The notes under the pieces were generated by a model that did not search any database, had not been told where the DNA came from, and worked only from the letters and a program-made list of their open reading frames with translations. The position numbers and the translations under genes are program-made. A stretch of 64,000 bases of DNA. Source: Candidatus Actinomarina sp. GTDB taxonomy: Bacteria; Actinomycetota; Acidimicrobiia; Actinomarinales; Actinomarinaceae. Location of the stretch: positions 100,731 to 164,730 of the forward strand of contig JBJKUL010000001.1 of assembly GCA_045563135.1 (NCBI GenBank), given 5' to 3'. Below, piece by piece: positions 10,249-18,904 of this stretch (positions within the stretch are counted from its first letter, which is position 1; every line of letters starts with the position of its first letter).

Positions 10249-10351
10249 TATATAAAATATAATATACTTTTAATTTTATGCAAACTTTTTTATTATATTT
10301 CCAAAAAATCATAGAGATATACATTTCTTTTAATAGTGATATTATTAAATA

Positions 10352-11131
10352 ATGGAAAATCTTGATGTTCATATTGTTGGCATAGGTAATTTAGGTTCAT
10401 CGTTAGTTTCTGGATTAAATAATGCTAATAAAGATTTATCCTTGTATTTATACGATCAAAATCCTAAATTATCTTCACTGCATGACTTACCTGTTAAGAA
10501 TGAAATCGATTCTATAAACACAGGAGTCTTAATTTTGTGTATAAAACCAAAAGACATACAAGATTTTATTAAAGCAAACATTAACAAGATCTCTGAAGAT
10601 GTATTGATCTGCACAGTTTTAGCTGGTGTAGAAATTAAATATCTTGAACAATATTTTGCCAATAGAATTATTAGGTTGATGCCTAATTTATCAATAAAAA
10701 ATAACTCTGGTTTCATTCCTTATACAAAAAACTACAATGAAGACTATCTCTCTTTTTTATCAATTCTTAATGAACTAGGAGAAACATCTGAATACGATGA
10801 AAGTTTATTTCATGTAATTACATCTATATACGGGAGTGGACCAGCGTGGTATTTTGAGCTTTCAGCAAAAATAGTTGATGCAGCCACATCCTCTGGTTTA
10901 GACAATAGTGAAGCTAATAAAATTGTACGAGAATTAGTGAAGTCATTACCCTCTTTACTTTCAAATGATGAATTTACTAAAACTGTTGATAAAATTAAAT
11001 CTCCTAATGGTACAACAGAAGCGGGTCTCGATTCGCTAGAAAACGATTCTTTTGATAAGATTATTCTCAATGCAATTAACTCCGCTACAAATAGATCTAA
11101 AACAATTTCTCAAGAAATAGCTAATGATTAA
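10352..11131 (+). CDS. proC: Pyrroline-5-carboxylate reductase-like NAD(P)-binding oxidoreductase
   Basis: N-terminal Rossmann motif (VGIGNLG). The C-terminal SPNGTTEAGL matches the P5CR dimerisation-domain SPGGTTxAGL motif. Confidence 0.6.
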   Translation: MENLDVHIVGIGNLGSSLVSGLNNANKDLSLYLYDQNPKLSSLHDLPVKNEIDSINTGVLILCIKPKDIQDFIKANINKISEDVLICTVLAGVEIKYLEQYFANRIIRLMPNLSIKNNSGFIPYTKNYNEDYLSFLSILNELGETSEYDESLFHVITSIYGSGPAWYFELSAKIVDAATSSGLDNSEANKIVRELVKSLPSLLSNDEFTKTVDKIKSPNGTTEAGLDSLENDSFDKIILNAINSATNRSKTISQEIAND

Positions 11132-13283
11132 TCAAAAAAAATCTAGACAAGTAAATGATTATGTTCTTCTTTTTTCTGCAGGATCAGCTGTTGGAACTTT
11201 ATTTTTGTGGGCGGCTAGTTACATCTTTCCTGAAGGAGATATTGTAGAGGGCAGAAGGGTTTTTGAAAATATTCCAAAATACCTTCAGTATGCATTTTAT
11301 CTTTTGAGTGCTTCATCAGTTTTTATTAGTGGTTATTTATTTTCATTAAGAGCAAAGAATTGGGCTAGAGGTACAAGTGAAAAAAGAAAAACTTCTTTAA
11401 TTTCTAAAATCAAAAATTTTTTTGACGGAATTCTTATGAGAACAGTACTGAGGTTTCGCGCTGCAGGTTTGATGCATTCAATGATTTATATTGGTTTTCT
11501 TGGTTTGTTTGCAGGAACTATAACTTTAGAAATCCATCACTTAATGCCACCTTCATTGAAGTTTCTTCAAGGTACTACTTATTTTATTTATTCGTTTGCA
11601 CTTGAATTAGCATCTTTAGTTTATTTATTTGGGATAGCTTGGGCTCTTTTTAGAAGAATTTTTGGCACGGAGTACAGAATAAAAGTTAAAACAAAAATGG
11701 ATGACTATTTAACTCTTGGTCTCCTTGGATTTATGGGTATTTCTGGTTTAACCACAGAGGCAGGAAGAATTATTGTAGAAGGTTTTCCCGAATATGAAAA
11801 GTGGAGCTTTGTAGGATATTTCATTGCTGAGATTCTTCCCATAGAAAATGGAGTTCTTTTCCATAGGGTATCTTGGATACTTCATGTAGTCTCATTCTTT
11901 ATTTTTCTAATATCTCTTCCTCAATCAAAGCTTAGACATATCATTACCTCTCCAGTAAATATGTTCCTTAGCCCTAAAGATCGACCAAAAGGCGCAATGA
12001 AAGATATCGGAAATCTATTGGAAGCGGAAGACATTGAAACCGTAGGTGCAGAAGTAATCGAAAATTTCTCATGGAAACAACTAGTTGATTTAGATGCATG
12101 TACAGTATGTGGAAGGTGCACATCTGTTTGCCCAGCTAATTTAACTGGAAAACCACTAGACCCACGAGAAATCATTCTGAAAGTTGGTCAAGTAATGTCT
12201 GAGTCCGGTTCTCCACCAGTTCCTGCAACAGTATCTACTCCTGTGGATTTACAGGTTAAAACTGCAAATGTATTTGAAAGAATTACGCCAGAAGAATTAT
12301 GGGCATGCACTTCATGTCGCGCCTGTGATGAAATTTGTCCTGTAAATATAGAAATTTTAGACAAAATACTTGATATGAGAAGACACCTCGCATTAATGGC
12401 CTCCGATTTTCCTTCAGAATTAGGAAAAGCATATGTTGCTATGGAAAACTCATCTAACCCTTGGGGAGCATCTCAAAACGATAGAATGAAATGGTCTGAG
12501 GAACTAGAATTTGATGTACCTATTCTAGAAGAAGAAAACAAAGAAGAAGTAGAGTATTTGTACTGGATAGGATGTGCAGGAGCTTTTGATGATAGGAATG
12601 TTCCAGTAACTAGAGCTGTTGCAACACTCTTAAAACGTGCTGGTGTTTCGTATGCAGTTTTAGGAACAAAAGAAGTTTGTACTGGTGACTCAGCAAGAAG
12701 AACTGGTAACGAGTTTGTATTCCAACAATTAGCAATTCAAAATATTGAAAACATGAACAATCTAAACGTTCAAAAGATTATTACGCAGTGCCCTCATTGT
12801 TTTAATACAATTGCTAATGAATATCCTCAGCTTGGTGGCAACTTTGAAGTTATCCACCACAGTCAATTATTAACTGAACTAGTTCAGTCGGGGAAAATTG
12901 AAGTTGGTACGAGTGACAATCCTTATGTAATTACTTATCATGACTCTTGCTATCTTGGTAGACACAACGACGTATATACAGCCCCTAGAGAGATTCTTGG
13001 ATCAATAGGGGGTATAGAGGTTCGTGAGATGAAGCGTCAGGGTACAAACAGCTTCTGTTGTGGTGCTGGAGGCGGAAGAATGTGGATGGAAGAGTCAACA
13101 GGAAAAAAAGTTAATATTGAACGATCAGAGGAAGCTATTGAAACTGGTGCAGATGAAGTTGCTGTAGCCTGCCCATTTTGCTACATAATGATGGATGATG
13201 GCGTTAAGGAGCTTGGAAAAGGTGAGTCAGTAAAAGTAAGAGATGTTTCTTTAATCCTTCTAGACAACCTAAAAAAAGATTAG
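11124..13283 (+). CDS. Membrane-bound Fe-S oxidoreductase with a NarI/HdrE-like heme-b membrane domain fused to an HdrD/GlpC-like domain (2x[4Fe-4S] plus 2 CCG domains)
   Basis: The N-terminal roughly 290 aa have about 6 TM helices with conserved His. Two ferredoxin motifs follow (CTVCGRCTSVCP, CTSCRACDEICP), then two CCG-type Cys clusters (CPHCFN, SFCCGAGGG). Start overlaps the proC-like stop (AATGATTAA). Confidence 0.7.
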   Translation: MINQKKSRQVNDYVLLFSAGSAVGTLFLWAASYIFPEGDIVEGRRVFENIPKYLQYAFYLLSASSVFISGYLFSLRAKNWARGTSEKRKTSLISKIKNFFDGILMRTVLRFRAAGLMHSMIYIGFLGLFAGTITLEIHHLMPPSLKFLQGTTYFIYSFALELASLVYLFGIAWALFRRIFGTEYRIKVKTKMDDYLTLGLLGFMGISGLTTEAGRIIVEGFPEYEKWSFVGYFIAEILPIENGVLFHRVSWILHVVSFFIFLISLPQSKLRHIITSPVNMFLSPKDRPKGAMKDIGNLLEAEDIETVGAEVIENFSWKQLVDLDACTVCGRCTSVCPANLTGKPLDPREIILKVGQVMSESGSPPVPATVSTPVDLQVKTANVFERITPEELWACTSCRACDEICPVNIEILDKILDMRRHLALMASDFPSELGKAYVAMENSSNPWGASQNDRMKWSEELEFDVPILEEENKEEVEYLYWIGCAGAFDDRNVPVTRAVATLLKRAGVSYAVLGTKEVCTGDSARRTGNEFVFQQLAIQNIENMNNLNVQKIITQCPHCFNTIANEYPQLGGNFEVIHHSQLLTELVQSGKIEVGTSDNPYVITYHDSCYLGRHNDVYTAPREILGSIGGIEVREMKRQGTNSFCCGAGGGRMWMEESTGKKVNIERSEEAIETGADEVAVACPFCYIMMDDGVKELGKGESVKVRDVSLILLDNLKKD

Positions 13284-13597
13284 TTTTTATCACCTAAAAA
13301 AAACTTAGTTACATCACCATTTGATTTTCTAATGCTATAAATAACATAAACAGCTGTTGTTAGGTTTCCTAAGACTATAAGTCCTACAATCCAAAAAAAA
13401 CTTTTTAAGAGAGATTCTTTATAAATAATCCATAATCCAAATAGTGTAAATCCAGCATAAAGGTCTACTAAGGAGACAACACCCCATGGAAGTTCTGGTA
13501 TAGGAGAATCAAGAATTGAAACTTGACTTTGTGCCCAAAATATTACTACTGTCATTGCAATGGCTATACAGTATGAAATTAACTTTGCTATAGTCAT
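13280..13597 (-). CDS. Small integral membrane protein, hypothetical (105 aa, 3 TM)
   Basis: Hydrophobic ORF, convergent with the Fe-S oxidoreductase. No assignable family. Confidence 0.4.
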   Translation of the reverse strand: MTIAKLISYCIAIAMTVVIFWAQSQVSILDSPIPELPWGVVSLVDLYAGFTLFGLWIIYKESLLKSFFWIVGLIVLGNLTTAVYVIYSIRKSNGDVTKFFLGDKN

Positions 13598-13627
13598 ACA
13601 CTAGATTCTAAGGTATAAATAAATAAA

Positions 13628-14236
13628 ATGAAAAACAATACAATTTTTTATAGAGTGCTCCAACTTGATAAGAACATTTATGGAGAGCTGGTTACAGACC
13701 AGTCTTCATTACAAAAAAGCATAGCGATATGGCTTTCCGGTTCAATTATCAGTACTTTAGCGGTAACCACTTTCTTTAAAAACTTAGTTGAGTATTTAAA
13801 AGAAGTGGTTTCACAATCTAGTTCACAACTTCCCCAGGAAGCTGTGTTAGATTTCCAAACTTTAATTATTGAAGTCGAAGAAGGCTTTGAGTCTATAAAT
13901 AATGTAAACTCTCTCATTACAACTCAGCTATTTGGATTTATAAATGTTGTAGTATCTGTCCTAATTATTTTCGCTGTTTTAAAGTATTTTTTTAGAAGAG
14001 ATCCAAACCTATTGTTCATAGGAATCATTTACGGTTTTTCTTCAATACCGATACTTTTGAATGCGCCGATACTCTTTTTTGACTCTTTGGCATTACAAGG
14101 AATAGTTTTAGTAGCAACGAGTATTTTTTCACTTGTATGCTTAGGTTCAGGTCTAAAGCAAGTTTATATGTTAAGGAATATTGAAGTTATTTTGTTAATT
14201 CTTTTTTCTGGTTTTTCAAGTTTGGTTGCAATGTGA
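13628..14236 (+). CDS. Hypothetical multi-pass membrane protein (Yip1-like topology)
   Basis: 202 aa with about 5 TM helices. It overlaps the next gene by 4 nt. Confidence 0.4.
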   Translation: MKNNTIFYRVLQLDKNIYGELVTDQSSLQKSIAIWLSGSIISTLAVTTFFKNLVEYLKEVVSQSSSQLPQEAVLDFQTLIIEVEEGFESINNVNSLITTQLFGFINVVVSVLIIFAVLKYFFRRDPNLLFIGIIYGFSSIPILLNAPILFFDSLALQGIVLVATSIFSLVCLGSGLKQVYMLRNIEVILLILFSGFSSLVAM

Positions 14237-14829
14237 ATGCAGCAATAATTTTAGCTGCTGGGGAATCACTCAGAATGGGGTTCCCTAAGCAATTAGCTGA
14301 GTACAAAGGCTCTACGATTTTAGAAACAACTATTGAAACTGTTTCTACTTTTTTTGAAGAAACAGTAGTTGTTCTTGGATACGAGAACGAAACAATTACC
14401 GAAAAAGTTGACTTTAAGTCAGCTGCGATATTGATAAATGAAAATTGGGAAGAGGGAATTATTTCTTCAATACGAACTGGCTTGCACCACATAAATCATA
14501 ATAAAAATTATGAAAATGTTTTCATATTCTTAGGTGACCAACCCTCAGTTGACCGCAAGGTAATTGAAAAACTACTTGAAACAAAGCATGATTTTGATGA
14601 GGTGATGATACCAAAATATCGTTACAAATTTGGATACCCAGTAGTTGTACCTAAATATTTTTGGAACAAATTAGAACTCATCACGCAAGACAACACTTCT
14701 GATGAGGTAGATTCTGTATTTGGTGAGTTTGATTTAATTAATTTTTTTGAATCTTCAGAATTTAAAACTAAAAGTGTTAATTTTAATTTTCTAAGACCTA
14801 CAGATTTTGATGAACAAAAAGATTTTTAG
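14233..14829 (+). CDS. MobA/MocA-like nucleotidyltransferase (NTP_transf_3) domain protein
   Basis: N-terminal AIILAAGESLRMGFPKQL matches the MobA-like (L)AAGxSxRMG.PK signature. Confidence 0.6.
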   Translation: MNAAIILAAGESLRMGFPKQLAEYKGSTILETTIETVSTFFEETVVVLGYENETITEKVDFKSAAILINENWEEGIISSIRTGLHHINHNKNYENVFIFLGDQPSVDRKVIEKLLETKHDFDEVMIPKYRYKFGYPVVVPKYFWNKLELITQDNTSDEVDSVFGEFDLINFFESSEFKTKSVNFNFLRPTDFDEQKDF

Positions 14830-14890
14830 AGTGGGAAAAACTCTTCTATTTTTTAATTAAATTATATTTATTTTTTTGTAAAATCTAATA

Positions 14891-15295
14891 ATGACTTCAA
14901 TTGATTCTATAAATGGTATGACTCACACCGAAGCAACAAAGCTGAGGAGAGCAAGGGTTCGGACCACAGTCACTTTTCTTCAAATTGCCTCAACTAGATC
15001 AGGTAGAGCATTACTGACAAAAGAAACTGGTATAACATCTCCAAAACTTTTACATTGGGCAAAAAGGGCAGAGCTTATGAAAATCAAGAACCTAGGAAGA
15101 GATTATGCCGACCTTTTAGAAGCTGCAGGAATTGAAAGCATCGCAGAGCTAAAAAGAAGAAATCCAGATTCTCTTCACGAGACCATGGAATTAATTAATA
15201 AAAAGAGAAAAATAGTAGACAGAATGCCTTCTGTAAAACGTGTTTCAAAGTGGATTGAAGAGTCAAAAGATATAAAAATTACAGTATCTTCTTAG
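14891..15295 (+). CDS. DUF4332-like small protein (helix-hairpin-helix-like), hypothetical
   Basis: 134 aa. Composition and length recall DUF4332. The assignment is weak. Confidence 0.35.
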   Translation: MTSIDSINGMTHTEATKLRRARVRTTVTFLQIASTRSGRALLTKETGITSPKLLHWAKRAELMKIKNLGRDYADLLEAAGIESIAELKRRNPDSLHETMELINKKRKIVDRMPSVKRVSKWIEESKDIKITVSS

Positions 15296-15320
15296 TTAAT
15301 CATCAATCTATCATTGTATT

Positions 15321-17030
15321 GTGAATACAAAAAAAATTAGACTAACCGGAGCACAACTTTCATTTTCAGTAGGGGCAATACAGGAAAATAAATCTAAAAT
15401 TCTTGATACATTAGAAGAAGCAGAAAAAATACAATCTGATGTTGTAATTTTTCCAGAACTCTCAATAACGGGATACCCACCAGAAGACCTTCTCTTAAGA
15501 GAAAGCTTTATTGGAAAAAATTTCGCAGTTCTTGAAGAGATTGCTGCGTACTCTGGATCAAGCAGTGCAATTATTGGCTTTGTAGACAGAAGTCTTAACG
15601 AAGACTCAACCGACAACTTTGATAGAAAAATTTCTAATGCTGCTGCAATTGTTCAAAATGGAGATGTCAAAGGAATATATCACAAGTGTTTTCTTCCAAA
15701 TTATTCGGTTTTCGATGAAGCAAGGTATTTTGCTAAAGGAAATAACCCAGCAGATTTATTCTGGTATGACGATATTGCAATAGGAATAAATATCTGTGAA
15801 GATATTTGGATTGATAATGGTCCAGCTGACCGACAGGTCGCATCAGGTGCTTCAATCATTATAAATATAAATGCATCTCCATTTGATATCAATAAGATTG
15901 ACTCTCGTCGTAATCAAGTTATGGAGAAAGCAAAAAAACTAAATGTTCCAATAATATATCTAAATATGGTTGGAGGGCAGGATGAATTAGTGTTTGATGG
16001 AGGCTCCTTTGTAGTTGATTCATCCGGTAAAATAATTTATCAAGCTAGTCAATTTAAAGAGGAAGTTTTCACTTTGGACTTGGAAGTACAAATAAAAGAT
16101 ATTATCTCTGATTCAAAACTCACACTTAACACAAAGACGGAAGAGCTTCCAAATTTAATTTCTCAAGAGACTTTTAATGAACTGGAGTCAATGTATGAAG
16201 CACTTAAACTTGGAGTTTCAGATTATGTACGTAAAAACAATTTTCAAAAGATTCTTGTTGGTTTGTCTGGAGGTATAGATTCAGCTTTAACAGCAACAAT
16301 AGCAGTAGATGCTCTAAGTCCAGAAAATGTGATTGGAATTGCAATGCCCTCAAAATATAATCCTGACAGTTCTTTAGACGACGCCCAACAGCTTGCAGAT
16401 AATTTGGGGATAGAGTTTAAGGTTATTCCAATCGAGGAAACGGTAGAGAGCCTAAGGACATTACTCAAAGATAGCTTGGAAGAACCTCTCGCAGATGTTA
16501 CTGATGAGAATATTCAATCAAGGATTAGGGGAAATATAATCATGGGTCTTTCAAATCAATTAGGAGCTATGGTTTTGTCTACAGGCAACAAATCGGAAAT
16601 GGCTGTAGGTTACTCTACTCTTTATGGTGATCTCGCAGGAGGTTTTGCCTTGCTTAAAGATGTATACAAAACTGAAGTCTATAAACTTGCTGAATTCCGA
16701 AACAAAGAATCAAAAGTAATCCCCTTAAACTCAATTACTAAAGAACCAAGTGCTGAATTAAGGGACGATCAGTTTGATTCAGACTCTTTACCAGATTACG
16801 AATTACTAGATAAGATATTGAAAATGTATATTGAATCTGATTACTCATCAGAAAAAATAATTGCTTCCGGTATAGAAAACAACATTGTTTACGATGTGTT
16901 AGAAAAAGTTGATAAAAATGAATATAAAAGGAAACAAGTAGCACCTGGAGTAAAATTAACAGAAAGAGCTTTTGGTAAAGACAGAAGAATGCCTATTACA
17001 AACACCTACATAAGAGAGAGATATTCTTAA
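15321..17030 (+). CDS. nadE: Glutamine-dependent NAD+ synthetase
   Basis: N-terminal nitrilase/CN-hydrolase domain followed by an NAD synthetase domain with the PP-loop SGGIDSA. Confidence 0.9.
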   Translation: MNTKKIRLTGAQLSFSVGAIQENKSKILDTLEEAEKIQSDVVIFPELSITGYPPEDLLLRESFIGKNFAVLEEIAAYSGSSSAIIGFVDRSLNEDSTDNFDRKISNAAAIVQNGDVKGIYHKCFLPNYSVFDEARYFAKGNNPADLFWYDDIAIGINICEDIWIDNGPADRQVASGASIIININASPFDINKIDSRRNQVMEKAKKLNVPIIYLNMVGGQDELVFDGGSFVVDSSGKIIYQASQFKEEVFTLDLEVQIKDIISDSKLTLNTKTEELPNLISQETFNELESMYEALKLGVSDYVRKNNFQKILVGLSGGIDSALTATIAVDALSPENVIGIAMPSKYNPDSSLDDAQQLADNLGIEFKVIPIEETVESLRTLLKDSLEEPLADVTDENIQSRIRGNIIMGLSNQLGAMVLSTGNKSEMAVGYSTLYGDLAGGFALLKDVYKTEVYKLAEFRNKESKVIPLNSITKEPSAELRDDQFDSDSLPDYELLDKILKMYIESDYSSEKIIASGIENNIVYDVLEKVDKNEYKRKQVAPGVKLTERAFGKDRRMPITNTYIRERYS

Positions 17031-17031
17031 T

Positions 17032-17862
17032 ATGTTCATTATTAATGGTGCAAAAGTAGAAGAAGCTAATTTTGTTGTTCCAATTCAAAATCTATCCTTC
17101 TGGAGGGGTGATGGTATTTTTGAAGCAATAAAAATTCATGAAGGCTATCTTTTTGCTCTAGACCGCCATATAAAAAGATTTAAGCAATCTGCAAAAAAAA
17201 TGCTGTTTGATGATATCGATTTTGAAGAAATAAAAAAAGATATGATCCTCTTAGCTTCAAACTATGCAGAAGGCTACGTAAGAGTGATAATAAGTAGATC
17301 AACATCAAAAAGTGATTATGATGTTTATATTTTTCACCAAGAACCTGTAGAAATCCCAGAACATTACTCTTTACAATCACAACCTAGTCCATGGCATCCT
17401 GGAGGTGATTTTGCATTAGAAGATAATCAGGTAGTAGGAACAAAATCTACATCATATGCTCTGAACATTGCTCAAACACGGATAGCTGAACAAAATGGAT
17501 ATTCAGATGCTTTGCTTTTAAATAGAGAAAATATAGTATTGGAAGGTCCAACATTCTCAATTGGGTGGATAAAAGGGGACACAGTATATGTTCCAGATTT
17601 ACAACTTGGAATTTTAGATTCAATAACTAGACAATACATCCTTCTTTTTGGAAGCAACAATCAAATTAAGGTTAAGGAGAGTCGGATATCCATTGATGAG
17701 ATATATGACGTAGATACAGTTTTTGTAATTTCAACAGCTAAACATGCAAAGTTTGTTTCTAAAATCGATAGTAAAACATATAACCAGAGCCCAATTTTAG
17801 AGTTAATACAAGACTGTTTTACTAAACAAATTGAAATTGAAAAGTTGAACGAATTTAAATAG
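17032..17862 (+). CDS. Class IV (fold-type IV) aminotransferase (BCAT / D-aa aminotransferase / ADC lyase family)
   Basis: 276 aa. Class-IV motifs include FLFALDRHIKRF and EGPTFSIGWIKGDTVYVP. Confidence 0.7.
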   Translation: MFIINGAKVEEANFVVPIQNLSFWRGDGIFEAIKIHEGYLFALDRHIKRFKQSAKKMLFDDIDFEEIKKDMILLASNYAEGYVRVIISRSTSKSDYDVYIFHQEPVEIPEHYSLQSQPSPWHPGGDFALEDNQVVGTKSTSYALNIAQTRIAEQNGYSDALLLNRENIVLEGPTFSIGWIKGDTVYVPDLQLGILDSITRQYILLFGSNNQIKVKESRISIDEIYDVDTVFVISTAKHAKFVSKIDSKTYNQSPILELIQDCFTKQIEIEKLNEFK

Positions 17863-17866
17863 GAGG
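17861..17866 (+). promoter_or_regulatory. Shine-Dalgarno (AGGAGG) for the true selD start
   Basis: AGGAGGTGAA precedes ATG 17871. Confidence 0.7.
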
Positions 17867-17870
17867 TGAA

Positions 17871-18899
17871 ATGAGACTAACAGAGTACTCCCACGGTTCT
17901 GGTTGAGCTTGCAAATTATCTCCTAGTGAGCTTGCACAAGTTTTGTCGCAATTTAAAAATCATAAAGCTTTAGCTGGAAGTAATGTTTCAGTTGGTTTAA
18001 ATAATCCAGATGATGCTGGAGTAGTTGTTGCTTCGGATAAAAATCTTATACAGTCAGTAGACTTTTTTACACCTGTATTGGACAATCCTTATGACTGGGG
18101 AAGAGTTTCTGCTGCAAATGCCCTGTCTGATATTTACGCCATGGGAGGAGAGCCCTTATCAGCTTTACAATTAGTTTGTTGGCCACGTGACCATTTAAGT
18201 TTCGAAATTCTTGGCGATGTAATTAGAGGAGGCTTAGATGTAATGGAAGAAGCAAAGTGTTCTGTAATAGGTGGTCACAGCATAGATGATAATGAGCCTA
18301 AATATGGTTTCTCAGTAACAGGAACGGCTAATGAAAAGATATTTCTTAACAACACTATAAAAAAGGGGGATAAATTATTTTTATCCAAACCTTTAGGTAC
18401 AGGGATTATATCTACTGCTATTAAAAAAGATTTAACGGATTCGAAAGTTGTAAACGAAGCAACGAAAGTAATGGCAAGCCTAAACAATACGGCATCAGAA
18501 TTTGCACATAATTACAATGCCCATGCTGTAACTGATATTACGGGATTTGGTTTATTTGGCCACTTAAGTGAAATGTTGAAGAGTACTAACTTAGGAGCAA
18601 TTATCAATAGCAAAAATATTCCTGCAATAAATGGTGTAAAAGAACTATTAGAGAAGGGATTGTTTTCATCTGGAAGTCAAAGAAATTTCGAGCATGTTAG
18701 TGCCTCAATAATTGACAATACAGAAGATACAAACCTTATAAAACTTTGTTGCGATGCACAAACTAGTGGAGGTCTTCTTGTAGCCATCCCTGAAAAAGAA
18801 GATGTTAATATTCAAGTAATAAAGGAAACAATGGGGTTAAATCTCTGGGAAATAGGTCAGATTAGTGACCAATATATCGAAAAGATAAATATTATCTAA
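17871..18899 (+). CDS. selD: Selenide, water dikinase SelD. It is a selenoprotein with Sec (UGA) at the Cys17-equivalent position; the N-terminus was missed by the ORF track
   Basis: ATG 17871 is in frame with track ORF 17943..18899. Translation gives MRLTEYSHGSG-U-ACKLSPSELAQVL, matching the E. coli [25 protein letters not shown] N-terminus with TGA 17904..17906 at Cys17. Downstream the protein aligns with SelD throughout (DFFTPVLDNPYDWGRV, TDITGFGLFGHLSEM). Confidence 0.85.
17904..17906 (+). other. In-frame UGA recoded as selenocysteine in selD
   Basis: Codon 12 of the extended selD frame. A tRNA-Sec gene is present in the same window. Confidence 0.8.
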
Positions 18900-18904
18900 T
18901 AGTA

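Noticed and set aside
9952-10351. Canonical HspR-associated inverted repeat (CTTGAGT-N7-ACTCAAG) upstream of dnaK
   Set aside because: It was searched by eye and no copy is present. Only the divergent perfect IR at 10225..10248 was found, and that is reported as a candidate instead.
17904-17950. A convincing SECIS hairpin immediately downstream of the selD UGA
   Set aside because: By eye only a 10-nt direct repeat (TGAGCTTGCA x2) and a weak 4+2-bp hairpin (17935..17950) are visible. I cannot assert a SECIS without folding, so it is left as a check and not called as a feature.
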